A stretch of DNA of 64,000 nt from Selaginella moellendorffii (lineage: Eukaryota; Plantae; Lycopodiophyta): assembly GCF_000143415.4 (NCBI RefSeq), contig NW_003314267.1, positions 934,055-998,054 of the forward strand. The letters are read 5' to 3'. A program made the translations under genes and the position numbers. The notes under the pieces were generated by a model. That model was not told the DNA's origin and did not search any database. It was given only the letters and a program-made list of their open reading frames with translations. Numbering within the stretch: the first letter of the stretch is position 1; every line of letters begins with the position of its first letter. Positions 27,388-38,943 of the stretch are shown piece after piece.

Positions 27388-29073
27388 TAATGTGAAGAAA
27401 TAGATACTTCACCAATTAGCATGCAAAGGAATTTGGGCTTAGACCTAAGCCAAATGCAGAACAAAAAAAAACATATAAGCGGGAGCTAAATTATGCCTTA
27501 GTTGGTCAGCTATATCCAACCTACCCACTATCCGTACTATACATACAAATACTAATAACATTGAAGCTAATAAGCCATAAATGCCTTCCCTAACAACTTC
27601 TATCAAATGAAATAATGAGTATAAGAACTTAAAGAACCAAAAACTTGAAAAATTTTATAGCCAAGTTTTGCCTAATAATGACCATAAGTTTTACATGAAT
27701 TAACTTCAATGCTAAAGAAGAAATTATAGTACAACCCATAATATCCTTCTTAACACATGCATAAGCCAAACTTCATAATGCCAAAGCTAATGAAGAGTAT
27801 GTTTACATCTATCTAAAAGCTAAGCATAACAAAACTATGCTTAACAAATGATCACCTATCGATCCTCCATAAATCCATCTATAGTAAGATATAATTCACT
27901 TTATAACAAGCACAAAAAGAATCATCAATGATCAATTTATCCCAACTTAATTCTAACAAGGAACTAATATCTCCAATATTGATCATTAACTCTTCCTTTT
28001 GTAAAGTTAGCATAGTCCACGATTGAATCACTTTTCAAGGAAAAGCCAAAGCTTAACCCCTACTAAACAATTTCAACTAAAAAAGAACTAACTCAACTTG
28101 CTATTCAACTCATTTGAACGTCATAACTAGCAAAATGCACGAATGCTAATAATACAAATCTACAGCCAAAACATCAATACTATTTGTAAGGAGACTAATG
28201 AAACTTAATATCCATCCTATAAAAAGACATTTTATTTCATTTGAATCCCAACATTAACAATGTCAGCAATAGGGTATCACTTCAATGCTATCAACAGTAG
28301 AATAAAGCTAAAAGAAAGCAATAGTGAATTACCATTCAAATCTTTAGCAACTAAGCTAACCAAAGTCAAAGATACCTTACTCAGTATCTGTGACTAATCC
28401 TCTAACAAAACTCATTACAGGTAATACATCATCAAAGATTGATTCACTAAGATTCTATGAAATCCAACACTACGGAATAAATGCAACTAAATGATATCGA
28501 CAAAGATGGAATTGATATGCCAACATGGAAAAACCATACAAGTTTAACGACACGATCTTCCATAATACCATCTGGTAAAGCAAGCCTATCATTAATCAAT
28601 TTTTATCGAGTGAAGTAAGTGTTAAAAGTCCTCAACAAAGTCTACAAACAATCACTAGTTATAAGCAACTAATAATCAATCTTCAATTTGCTTTTACAAG
28701 ACCCTAACACTGAACTCACATCATCGAGTTATATATTTGTCTAACAAGAAGGTAATACCCTAGGTATATGGTCAAGCATCTCGTCACTTTTTGAAGGATC
28801 GACAAGGATCACGGACGCAAGCTTCTGTGCTCTAGCGACACATTGTGTGTTCTTGGAGAAGGTAAACTAAATGATTACTTGAATCCAACTCAACTGCAAT
28901 AAACTCATTAATATGTTTAGCCAATAGCTTTAAATATGCCTTGAAGAGGCTAGTTATACATAATCAACACTTAGTCGAAACTAAAGTGAAGACCATAAGA
29001 TGGACTTATATTGATACACAACTTCCTATCTTGGTTATTTCATTGATAATCTTTAATCATATTGCATTATTAC

Positions 29074-30919
29074 TGTAGCACATGTGATCATGGGATGAGA
29101 TTTGGATATACTGTCACCGTGGATCCTTGGAACCTTGGGGGATAAATGGGGATAAAATAGCCACTAAGGGCTCTCTCATCAAGCAATTGCCCCTTTTCCA
29201 GTTGGCTTAAGGGGAGAGAGATAAGGTGCGCTACAGTTGGTATTAGAGCAAATGGCATGGGTTCGATTCCCATTGATTAGTGGCTACTTAAAAGTATAAT
29301 ATACCCTTGAGCAAGGTATATTCTTACCCCTAAATTTGAAATCGTACGTATTGGGCATCCATGCGTACGTCCTTCCTCTTGTGTGGAGTATCCACGGACG
29401 AAGGTATCCACCGTGGGACTGCGGTACGAGTGGATAATTAGTTGCCTCACATGGAATAGCTAGTCTACACAATGGAAGGATTGGTAGATTGAGTGCGGAA
29501 ATGGAGGTGCTGGTTCCCCTTGGCTCAGTAGGGGATTAACTAGGGGTTGTTAATCAATAGTCAATGAGGACATTGGGCATCCATGCGTACGTCCTTGGCT
29601 CAGTAGGGGTTGTTAATCAATAGTCAATGAGGACATTGGGCATCCATGCCCCTAAATTTGAAATCGTACGTATTGGGCATCCATGCGTATGTCCTTCCTC
29701 TTGTGTGGAGTATCCACGGACGAAGGTATCCACCGTGGGACTGCGGTACGAGTGGATAATTAGTTGCCTCACATGGAATAGCTAGTCTACACAATGGAAG
29801 GATTGGTAGATTGAGTGCAGAAATGGAGGTGCTGGTTCCCCTTGGCTCAGTAGGGGATTAACTAGGGGTTGTTAATCAATAGTCAATGAGGACATTGGGC
29901 ATCCATGCGTACGTCCTTGGCTCAGTAGGGGTTGTTAATCAATAGTCAATGAGGACATTGGGCATCCATGCCCCTAAATTTGAAATCGTACGTATTGGGC
30001 ATCCATGCGTACGTCCTTCCTCTTGTGTGGAGTATCCACGGACGAAGGTATCCACCGTGGGACTGCGGTACGAGTGGATAATTAGTTGCCTCACATGGAA
30101 TAGCTAGTCTACACAATGGAAGGATTGGTAGATTGAGTGCAGAAATGGAGGTGCTAGTTCCCCTTGGCTCAGTAGGGGATTAACTAGGGGTTGTTAATCA
30201 ATAGTCAATGAGGACATTGGGCATCCATGCGTACGTCCTTGGCTCAGTAGGGGTTGTTAATCAATAGTCAATGAGGACATTGGGCATCCATGCGTACGTC
30301 CTTGGCTCAGTAGGGGTTGTTAATCAATAGTCAATGAGGACATTGGGCATCCATGCGTACGTCCTTCCTCTTGTGTGGAGTATCCACGGACGAAGGTATC
30401 CACCGTGGGACTACGGTACGGGTGGATGACTAGTTGCCTCACATGGAATAGCTGGTCTACACAATGGAAGGATTGGTAGATTGAGTCCAGAAATGGAGGT
30501 GCTGGTTCCCCTTGGCTCAGTAGGGGTTGTTAGTCAATAGTCAATGAGGACATTGACATCTCTGAAGGGGGGTGAGTGTAGCACATGGCTCAATAGGGGT
30601 TGTTAGTCAATAGTCAATGAGGACATTGACATCTCTGAAAGGGGGGGTGAGTGTAGCACAGTAGGGGTTGTTAGTCAATAGTTAATGAGGACATTGACAT
30701 CTCTGAAGGGGGGGCAATAGTCAATGAGAACATTGACATCTCTGAAGGGGGGGTGAGTGTAGCACATGTGATCATGGGATGAGATTTGGATATACTGTCA
30801 CTGTGGATCCTTGGAACCTTGGGGGATAAATGGGGATAAAATAGCCACTAAAGGCTCTCTCATCAAGCAATTGCCCCTTTTCCAGTTAGCTTAAGGGGAG
30901 AGAGATAAGGTGCGCTACA
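29074..30919 (+). mobile_element. TRIM (miniature non-coding LTR element) with internal tandem repeats
   Basis: 162-bp LTRs 29074-29235 and 30758-30919 (TGTAGC...GCTACA, 3 mismatches seen). 5-bp TSD ATTAC. iMet-type PBS TGGTATTAGAGC 29238-29249. PPT GAAGGGGGGGTGAG. No coding capacity. Confidence 0.95.
29327..30556 (+). repeat. Higher-order tandem repeat inside the TRIM (322-bp unit, about 63-bp subunit)
   Basis: CCCCTAAATTTGAAATCG recurs at 29327, 29649 and 29971 (period 322). The GGCTCAGTAGGGG...CATCCATGCGTACGT subunit recurs about every 63 bp. Confidence 0.92.
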
Positions 30920-33098
30920 ATTACGAGTATTGTTGAAGTTGTCAACATCATCCTTCATCCAATCTATAGACTAAGAATAAGCATTTATAAATCTCAAAGA
31001 GCTATTGATAACTCTTTTAGTTTTAACATATCTTGATTTCACTTGACCTTTTATTTTGCACATGAATGCTTCTAATATCAATTTTGGAGGTATGTTGATA
31101 TAAAAGAGCTTGAGTTTTCCTAGTTAATGCCATCCCATTGCATATATGAACTATACATTACAACTAATAGAAATGAACTACTTCACAACAAAGAAAAAGT
31201 GTTTATTAGTAGTTTGGGCCTTTTAGAAGTTTCATATATATTTATATGGTTCTTAAACATTACTAAAAAGTGATCATATTGTAGTTACTGCATTATTAAA
31301 ATATAAGCATTTGGTTGGTCATATTGCTCAGCCCTAAAGTTTCATATATTTTATTTTGAAATTGTTCATTGTTTAGGGAGTGCTATAGCTAATATTAATA
31401 CCCTTTCTTGAGCTTTTGTCCCTTCTTCACTCTCCTCTTGTTACTAATGAATTTATTGTTCTAGAGTCTGTAGATTTTCTGGATAAAAATTTCATGTTGT
31501 TGGTAGTTATTATACTTGATGTTTAATGTCCACAAGGTATAGAGCAAGATTTACCTTTTCTTAACAAAATTCATGAGGCTCAAAAAGTTGATTCATGAAT
31601 CCAACAATTTCGTGATGGATTTGAGAATTCTACATCACTTGTTAATAACTTAATGTTTTGGCATTTATATTCTCAATATTGCCTTGAAGACAACTTTTGT
31701 GGGGACAATTTTGATGATCATTTATAGCTAGTGGTGCCTTCAATCTTTATTCTATGCTTTCTCCATGCCTACTATGATTATTCTTTTTTAGGTGGGCATA
31801 TAAAATATTGTTATGTGACTAAAAAGCTATGCAAATCTTTCAATTGGCCAGAGATGCAATATAATATTATTTATTATGTATATAGTTGCGTTTGGTGTTA
31901 GACTCATAATACTCCCCCTTATGCTACAGAAGGACAATTGGAGTTAATTATAGTTTCCCATCAGTTTGAATTGCTGATGTTAATTTCATAGGGCCTTTTC
32001 ATAGTTGACTATTGACAATAAATATATCATTATTGCTTCTGACTATTTGATTTACTGAGTGGAAGTTGGTGCTCTTGCTATTGCATCTACAATTGCTGTT
32101 AGATATTTCCTTCTCAATCGAGTGGTGTTCTAGCATTTTTGCTAAAGTGGATTCTCTCAGAAAATAATTTTGCATTTATGGTTGAAGTATTTCATGTTTT
32201 AACATCTAACTAGGGATACACTACACTTTCATAAATATTTATCATCCACAAATATATAGTTTAGTGAAATAGGTAGTTCGGACATTCAATGGGATAATTG
32301 CGAAATACATGAATTTTTAGCATTTAGATTGGTATGGATATTTACTATCTCTTTTGTATACATATATCATGAGGATACAAAGTTCTGTTGGTGCTTCACT
32401 ATATTAACTTTTATATAGTCATGATCTGATATTGCCAATAAAGTTGAGTTTATCTTTGCGATTGTTACAAACTATTGATGATATGACTTAGGATCAATAT
32501 TTGATGAGCATTTTTCCACTAATTCGAGTGGAGTTTATTGAACACTTAGGCTATATACAAGTGGGACAATAATGACACTATAACTCTTATCATCATCCAC
32601 TTACGAAGTATAAAGTGGATGTTTTGGTGTTAGTCAGTTTTCCCAATTTTATGATATATAGTTTTTCTAAGGAGCTCTTTACTTAGCGGAAGGGACCATA
32701 CTAGGTGTTGCAGCAAGGTGGACCAGTAATTTGTGAAGTTTGGCATAACATTCAATAGATTAATCTTCTAGAAATTATGAATATGTAGCAGCTTAAACAC
32801 TTTGTACAAAAGGATTAGAAATAACTAACACCATATATAGATTCACTAATTCCTTGTCTTGATATTCTTCCAAATCTTGACCCATCAACTAGAGAACTCT
32901 TATTACCTTTCATTCCTTAAGTAGAAGAGATTATATGAGGTCTAAGTGTACAATTACAATGCTGTACACTAATATTAGTAAAGTGGGATTTTAATAGCTG
33001 TTAAATTGGTTTCAATTTGGACTACTCACTTTTGTATATAAGTTAATGTTTTTAGGCTAATTGATATACACATTTATGTATTCCATTTTCATATTCCA

Positions 33099-33100
33099 TA

Positions 33101-33136
<36 letters not shown>

Positions 33137-33203
33137 TGTATATATGTATATGTATGTATGTATGTGTATGTATGTATGTATATATATGTATGTATGTATA
33201 TAT

Positions 33204-33251
<48 letters not shown>

Positions 33252-33308
33252 GTATATATGTATATATATATATGTATATATATATATATGTATGTATATA
33301 TATATATG

Positions 33309-33355
<47 letters not shown>

Positions 33356-33660
33356 GTATATGTATGTATGTGTATGTATATATATGTATATATATGTATA
33401 TGTATGTATATATATATATATATGTATATGTATGTAAGTTATAAGTTATATAAGTTAATGTTTTTAGGCTAATTGATATACACATTTATGTATTCTATTT
33501 TCATATTCCATATATATATATATGTATGTATATATATATATGTATATGTATGTATATATGTATATATATGTATGTATATGTATGTATATGTATATGTATG
33601 TATGTATATGTATATGTATGTATATGTATGTGTATGTATATGTATGTATATGTATGTATG
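33099..33660. repeat. Compound (TA)n/(TATG)n microsatellite with a duplicated LTR fragment
   Basis: Two TA/TATG arrays, each preceded by the same roughly 60-bp LTR segment (about 33037-33098 and 33448-33510). Confidence 0.9.
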
Positions 33661-34713
33661 TGTCTCTCTCTCTATATATATAAATACTTTACTAGATAAG
33701 AGTACTTTACTACTCAATCTTTCCTTTGGACAAATGCAATTACAATGTCATTTTTGGCTAAGAGAAAACATGCATAATATCTTGACTTGCACATCATTAT
33801 ATCAATAAAAATGGTTTTTTATATCAAATTCTTTACAAAAACCCATTGTATATATATAAGCAAAATGTGGCTGTTATTGTGGCTTATATTATTTTATTTA
33901 TTGAAGCTCTGTGAGTTAGGGTTTGCAATGGAGTATACATACATATGAAAAATGACTATATATTTAGTTCTAAAAATTCTGTGCTCTATGAATATAAGAG
34001 TGTAAAAGAATTTCTTAAAGCTTGAAAATACTCTTTTAAATCATATTGCTGCTATATATTATATATATGCTCGAAAATAAAGTTACTCACCAATTTTAAA
34101 ATTTGAAACCTATGAAAAATATATTTTTTTAAATTTTCTTTCTTTCTTAAAGTTGTATCATTTTTATTTAAAATGATTTATTAAGTTATACAATTGTTTA
34201 AAGGTAGAAGTGTTGTTAAAGTTAAATGGTTTAAATGGTCATAATTCGATCAGAAAATTTAAATAAAGTAACTGTAGAAAGAAAGATAAATCTTTAAATT
34301 TTTTTTAATTTATAAATGTTGTCTAAGAAACTATATAATTGTTATATATTTATAACTCTTTAATTTTCTTTAATAAAAATCATCTTAGACTTTTATTAGC
34401 TTAGAAAAAAGTTAATTTATAAAAATTAATACTAATACGCTATTAAAGTTCTTGTTAGTGATAGTTTTTTAGCAAAATTTAAACTTTTAAATTTTTATAC
34501 AAATTTATGTTCAAGAGATTTTATAAATGAATTAGTGAATTAATTATGACCTGATTTACTTAAACATTGTTAAATTCATAAAAGACGTTATTCTTTCCAA
34601 TTGTTATGAATTAATACAAAATACAAAATAAAAGTAAATAAGCATAATAATTAAAGTATTTTTCAATCATATTTAAAATAAGCATATCTTAGAATAGTAA
34701 TCAAAAAAAGAAT

Positions 34714-35800
34714 TCATCTCTTCTGGATTGAACGTTTCAAAACACCTATGTTTCCATTTGTGGTGTCCCTCAAAAGTTCCTCCGGGACACGCGGATTTTC
34801 CATCTCCAACGGCCGGTTCTCTCGCCTCGGTTGCGCTTCAAATCCTTGAGAAGCATACCTTTTGATCCGCCAGGTTATCAATATCCCAGAACAAACGCCG
34901 ATAGCTGGAAGAGCGTACGAAAGCATGCTGCCAGAATTTCCTTTCGAATGCGCTGCTGCACTGGTAAGGCTGCCGATGGAAGTGTTTTGAAGTATCATAG
35001 GAAGCCCACCGACAAGAGTTGGCAGAAGAAAGTCGACGAAGAAGCCGACGTTGGTGGCAGCCAGGCCGTAGTTGATCACGTAAGATGGAACTGGCGAGAA
35101 GCGCGCGAGGAGAACGAACTTCCAGCCATCTCTCGCCACACCATCTCTTATGACGCTGAAGTATTTGTTCTTGCGCACAAAGCCAGACAGAGTTTCCGAG
35201 CTCCGGAATAGCAGTCTGCAAAAACATAAGGCTAGAACTATAAGAAGAAACTAAGGCAAGAACTAAAGAAGGAAACAAACCATACAAAAGCCTTGGCTGG
35301 AACAATAAGAAAACGAAGGCTAGAACTAAAGAAGGAAACAAACCATACAAAAGCCTTGGCTGGAACTATGTGAAATCTGGAACTATAAGAAGCAAAAAAT
35401 AAAAAGAAACAAGAAGGCTAGAACTAAAAGAAGGAACCTTGGTAGAACTAAGACGAGAAAAACATCCAAGGCTAAAGCTAAGAGCATACCTTCCAAGCCA
35501 GAATGCCAGAGCAGCTCCCAAGACTTTGGCCGAGAAGACACAAGCCACTCCATGGACGAATCCAAACAAGAAGGACGCGGCGGCCTCGAACAAAACCGCG
35601 TAGGGGAAGCACGTCGCGATGGCGAGGGTATGAGCCAGCACAAACACTGGCATTGCCCATCTTCCAAGGCGCTGGGAGACGCCCTGGAGAGCTTCAAGCA
35701 TAGCCTGCCGATCGCCATTGTAGGCGTACAAGATCGAGGCATAGATCCCAGCTGTTGCGGTGGCGAGCGCGAGGAGAGTAAGCTTGGCCCCCTGCGCCAT
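34714..35800 (-). CDS. SNARE-associated Golgi (TVP38/TMEM64, VTT domain) membrane protein; exons 35800-35490 and 35215-34714
   Basis: Motifs FEAAASFLFGF, AKVLGAALAFWLGR and DGWKFVLLARFSPVPSYVINYGLAAT. The phase-2 intron joins in frame. Confidence 0.9.
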
Positions 35801-36061
35801 CAAGAACCCTAGAATCCGCTCGCGAGCGGCGCAATGCGAGGCCGATACCGCTACCTGGGGTCGATTTCCGCCGAGAAATCGCTCGATCGGATCGTTAGAA
35901 GCTCGATCGCCAAGAAAGAGAGGATCGCCGCCACGCCGGCGTGACCGAGAAGAACACGCAAATAAACAAGCGCGCTGCGAATATCCAATATGATGCTTTC
36001 TAAAGCATATTCTTCTAGATAAAAACTTAAGCAAAGATCGCTACCGTTGATTTAGGGCACC

Positions 36062-36746
36062 ATGGATAGCTTGCATTTCGCGCTGGGAGCTCCTCTATGG
36101 CGGAGCCCAGGGTTTCATCGATTCAACCGGCGGCAATGGCCGGCGCTATCGAGAGATCATCTGGCACCACCTCGCTCGGTCGTGGCGAGAATCGACGCGG
36201 CTCAGAGCGCGGATGAGCTCCAGGAGCAGCTGGCCGCGCTCGTGGACGAAGCAAGATCGGCGAGAATGCGAGGTAATCTCTGTGTTTACTCGGAACGGGG
36301 AAGAAATTTCTTCCTGTGAATCCAGCGGACAAGGCGCGGGCAAGATTTATGCGGCTAACGGAGAGTGTTGAGCAGATGAATCTCCGCGCCGCGGCGGAGA
36401 TTAAGGCCGGGAATGAGGACTCGGCCAGGCAGCTGATCAAGGAGAAGAGGAATGTAATGGCTGCGCTAGAGCTGTCCAAGAAGCGAGCCGCGTTATTGGA
36501 AGAATTCGCGACAAAGCTCAACCAGGTATTCTTCTTATCATCTTTACAAGCATAGAACATCTCTTCCTTCTATTCTTACAGGTTATTTCTTTGAAAGAAA
36601 CTCGTTTGATGGCGTCCCTATCGTTGGGAGAGCTCAGCGATACGACGACCACTTCCAGTGTGCGAATTGTTCCTCCAAAAGATAGAGTGCTGATCGTCCC
36701 TCCAAAAGAGAAAGAAACTGGCAGAGACGATCAATGTAGCAGCTAG
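36062..36746 (+). CDS. Plastid-targeted coiled-coil protein with PspA/IM30-like motif; exons 36062-36272, 36326-36525, 36582-36746 (191 aa)
   Basis: R/S/A-rich transit-peptide-like N-terminus. AAAEIKAGNEDSARQLIKEK resembles the PspA/Vipp1 A..AL..G.EDLAREAL motif. All splice junctions are GT-AG and in frame. Confidence 0.75.
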
Positions 36747-38713
36747 TTTGGCATCACCTCCGCGTCCAGGACCTCGGGGCCCAGCCTGATGGCATTGATA
36801 TAATTCACGGGGCTGTGAGCGGCGATTCCCGGGAACAAGAGACCAACCAGCCGAAACATCGTCGACGCCAACGTCTCTTTGTAAGCTTCACCGAACTTGT
36901 AGCGCAAGAGAAGGCTCTGGAGGAGCTCCCAGGTTGCGACGGCATGGTCGGGAAGCAGCTGGTTAGTCGACAAGCTTTTCGCTGTAGGCTCCTCTTGGAC
37001 GGTCTATAACAGCACAAGTCAGTGAAGAAACACGCAGAGGCGATCTTACCTCGCCCCCGTAGCTGCTGCCGTAGAAGAAACAGGGTCCCAGGTGCTTGAA
37101 CTGGAACGCTAGATCCTCGTACGGAAGGCGAGGGACAATATCGTTGGAGTAGACAACTCTGAAGAATCGGTTCTCCGGATGGTTGAGGTTGACGGTCACG
37201 TCAGCAGCGAATTCGGTATCGCCAGCTTTGGGCTGTCCAAAGGTGTAAACTCCGGCCAGCCTGCTCGTTACTTGGTTCTCGTTGGCGTGAAAGAGGAAGG
37301 AAGTGAAGACGGTAGCAAGCGCGCCCCCGAGACTGTGGCCGGTGATATAAACTTTGGCCTCCTTGTGAACTGCTAGAAGCTCCTTCAGCTTGAGACAGGC
37401 AGCGTCGTAAGCGAGAAGGCGGCTGTTCTCCGCGGTGCCAGCTTCGGGAAGGCCGGATAAAAATGGTCTCTGCCGCTGCTTCCCCGGCTCTTCGCCGGAA
37501 GTTTTCTTCTCGTCGTCCTTGTCCGAAATGGTATTGTCCGACTTCTCGTCATTTTCAAGCTCGTGATCTTCTAACGCTTCCTCGGTGCTGTAGAATTCCG
37601 AACCATCCCCACCAGTATCAAAAGTTCTTGCTTCTTCCTCGTGATCGGGTAAACTCTGGTGCTCCGCTGCTTCATCGTCTGACGTGGTCTTTTCTTTCGA
37701 AAGCTTGTCAACGATGTTTCGCCTGAGCCTGGTGAAAGTGGCCATGTCCTGTCGATCCACCAAGCTGAGAGCCTCAAGGCAGCCAACGTGAACTCGTCCT
37801 ATTCCAGGGAACTCGTACCACGAGAAATCGAAGCACGAGCTCCAGTCGTAAGCGTTGAAAGGCACCAGTCCTTGGAAAGCTACGATGATCGCCTGGGCAT
37901 TCTCGGCTCTGTCCATCGCGATCATGAGCCGGGTGGGCTTGCTTGGCTGATACTCTGGCCGGAACAAAAGCACGGAAGAACTTACGTTAAGCTGCGCAAG
38001 AACAAGAGCTACTTACTGTTGATACACTCGAAGACATCCACGGCGTGCATCTATAGATCAAACAGGAATAAAGTTTTACGAGCTCGCAAAATTTCCTGAG
38101 TTCTCACCTTCCAATCCTCGGTGACAACTTTGGCTATAACTTGAGAGTTCTCGTACGCAAGCTTGGAAGCCATCATACAAACGTCGGCGATGAGCTTGGA
38201 TGCTGGGCTCTCGCTCGCAAAGAAGCTGCTGTGATTCCTGAATTCGTCGCAGCTCTGGTGGAGTAAGAGGTCTGTGCGTGGATCGAGCAGTCCTACAAAG
38301 CTCCAGTATTCATCGGACTCTTCCACTGGAGTTGCTAGGCCTGGAGAAACAACGATTTTAGAGAAGAGAATCTGATGCGAGGAGAATTTACCAGTTCCAG
38401 TGACGAGCTTCATTCCCATCTTGAACAATCCCCCATTCACATGAAAGATATTGAGCCAGAGCTCCACGAATTTGCCCGCCATGGCCAGGCCCCTGGCGAT
38501 GGCGAGCAGCAGCACCATCATCCACATCGCGAATTTCGCCTGCCAGCTGCTGTCCACGGCCTCCCGAAGCGATGGCGTGCAGCGCATCGACGGGGCCGGG
38601 GCGTCCGGGAAGAGGGAGAGGAAGACATTGAGCAGGCCGCAGCCGCGCGGATCGAAAATGGCGTAATTCTCGCCCGCCGCCGCCGCCGCCTTGCGAGAAT
38701 CCGTGACATCCAT
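36743..38713 (-). CDS. Class-3 triacylglycerol lipase (OBL1-like), multi-exon
   Basis: MMASKLAYEN, IIVAFQG, ITGHSLGGALA nucleophile elbow, VYTFGQP, RVVYSNDIVPRLP, AHSPVNYINAIRLG. Last intron 37049-37004 is in frame. Confidence 0.92.
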
Positions 38714-38943
38714 ACCTCTCCAGGCGCCGATCGGTGGGAGCGATGGATCATTCTCGCTGCCCTTGACGACGGCATCCCAGCTTTGGGCGCCAAGAAAGAA
38801 TCTCTCACGCTTCTAGGGCAAAATCGCCTCCAACGTGGCAAGACACGTGGGCTAGTCATGCTAGGGTTCTTAAACGACGGGGTTCGATTCCCGCCCTTTT
38901 TTTTATCACAAGTCTCTTTCGCAATAGCGCTTCCATTTACGAG

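Larger units (their letters stand above)
21849..33098 (+). mobile_element. Older degenerate Ty3/gypsy element hosting nested insertions
   Basis: 5' LTR remnant TGTGAGGTC at 21849 resumes at 25342. Decayed gag about 25494-26360, protease about 26500-26730, RT start 27030-27160, RT end/RNase H from about 29026 and 30925, integrase to about 32890, 3' LTR from 32934. Confidence 0.8.

Noticed and set aside
29074-30919. Cassandra element or CRISPR-like array
   Set aside because: The LTR has no 5S rRNA sequence; the repeats lack unique spacers, and the DNA is eukaryotic with no cas genes.
33057-33808. Y/I/M/V-rich ORFs
   Set aside because: Translation artefacts of TA/TATG microsatellites.
38880-38905. 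GGTTCGATTCCCG plus T-run as a tRNA/SINE
   Set aside because: B-box-like only; no convincing A-box or cloverleaf.
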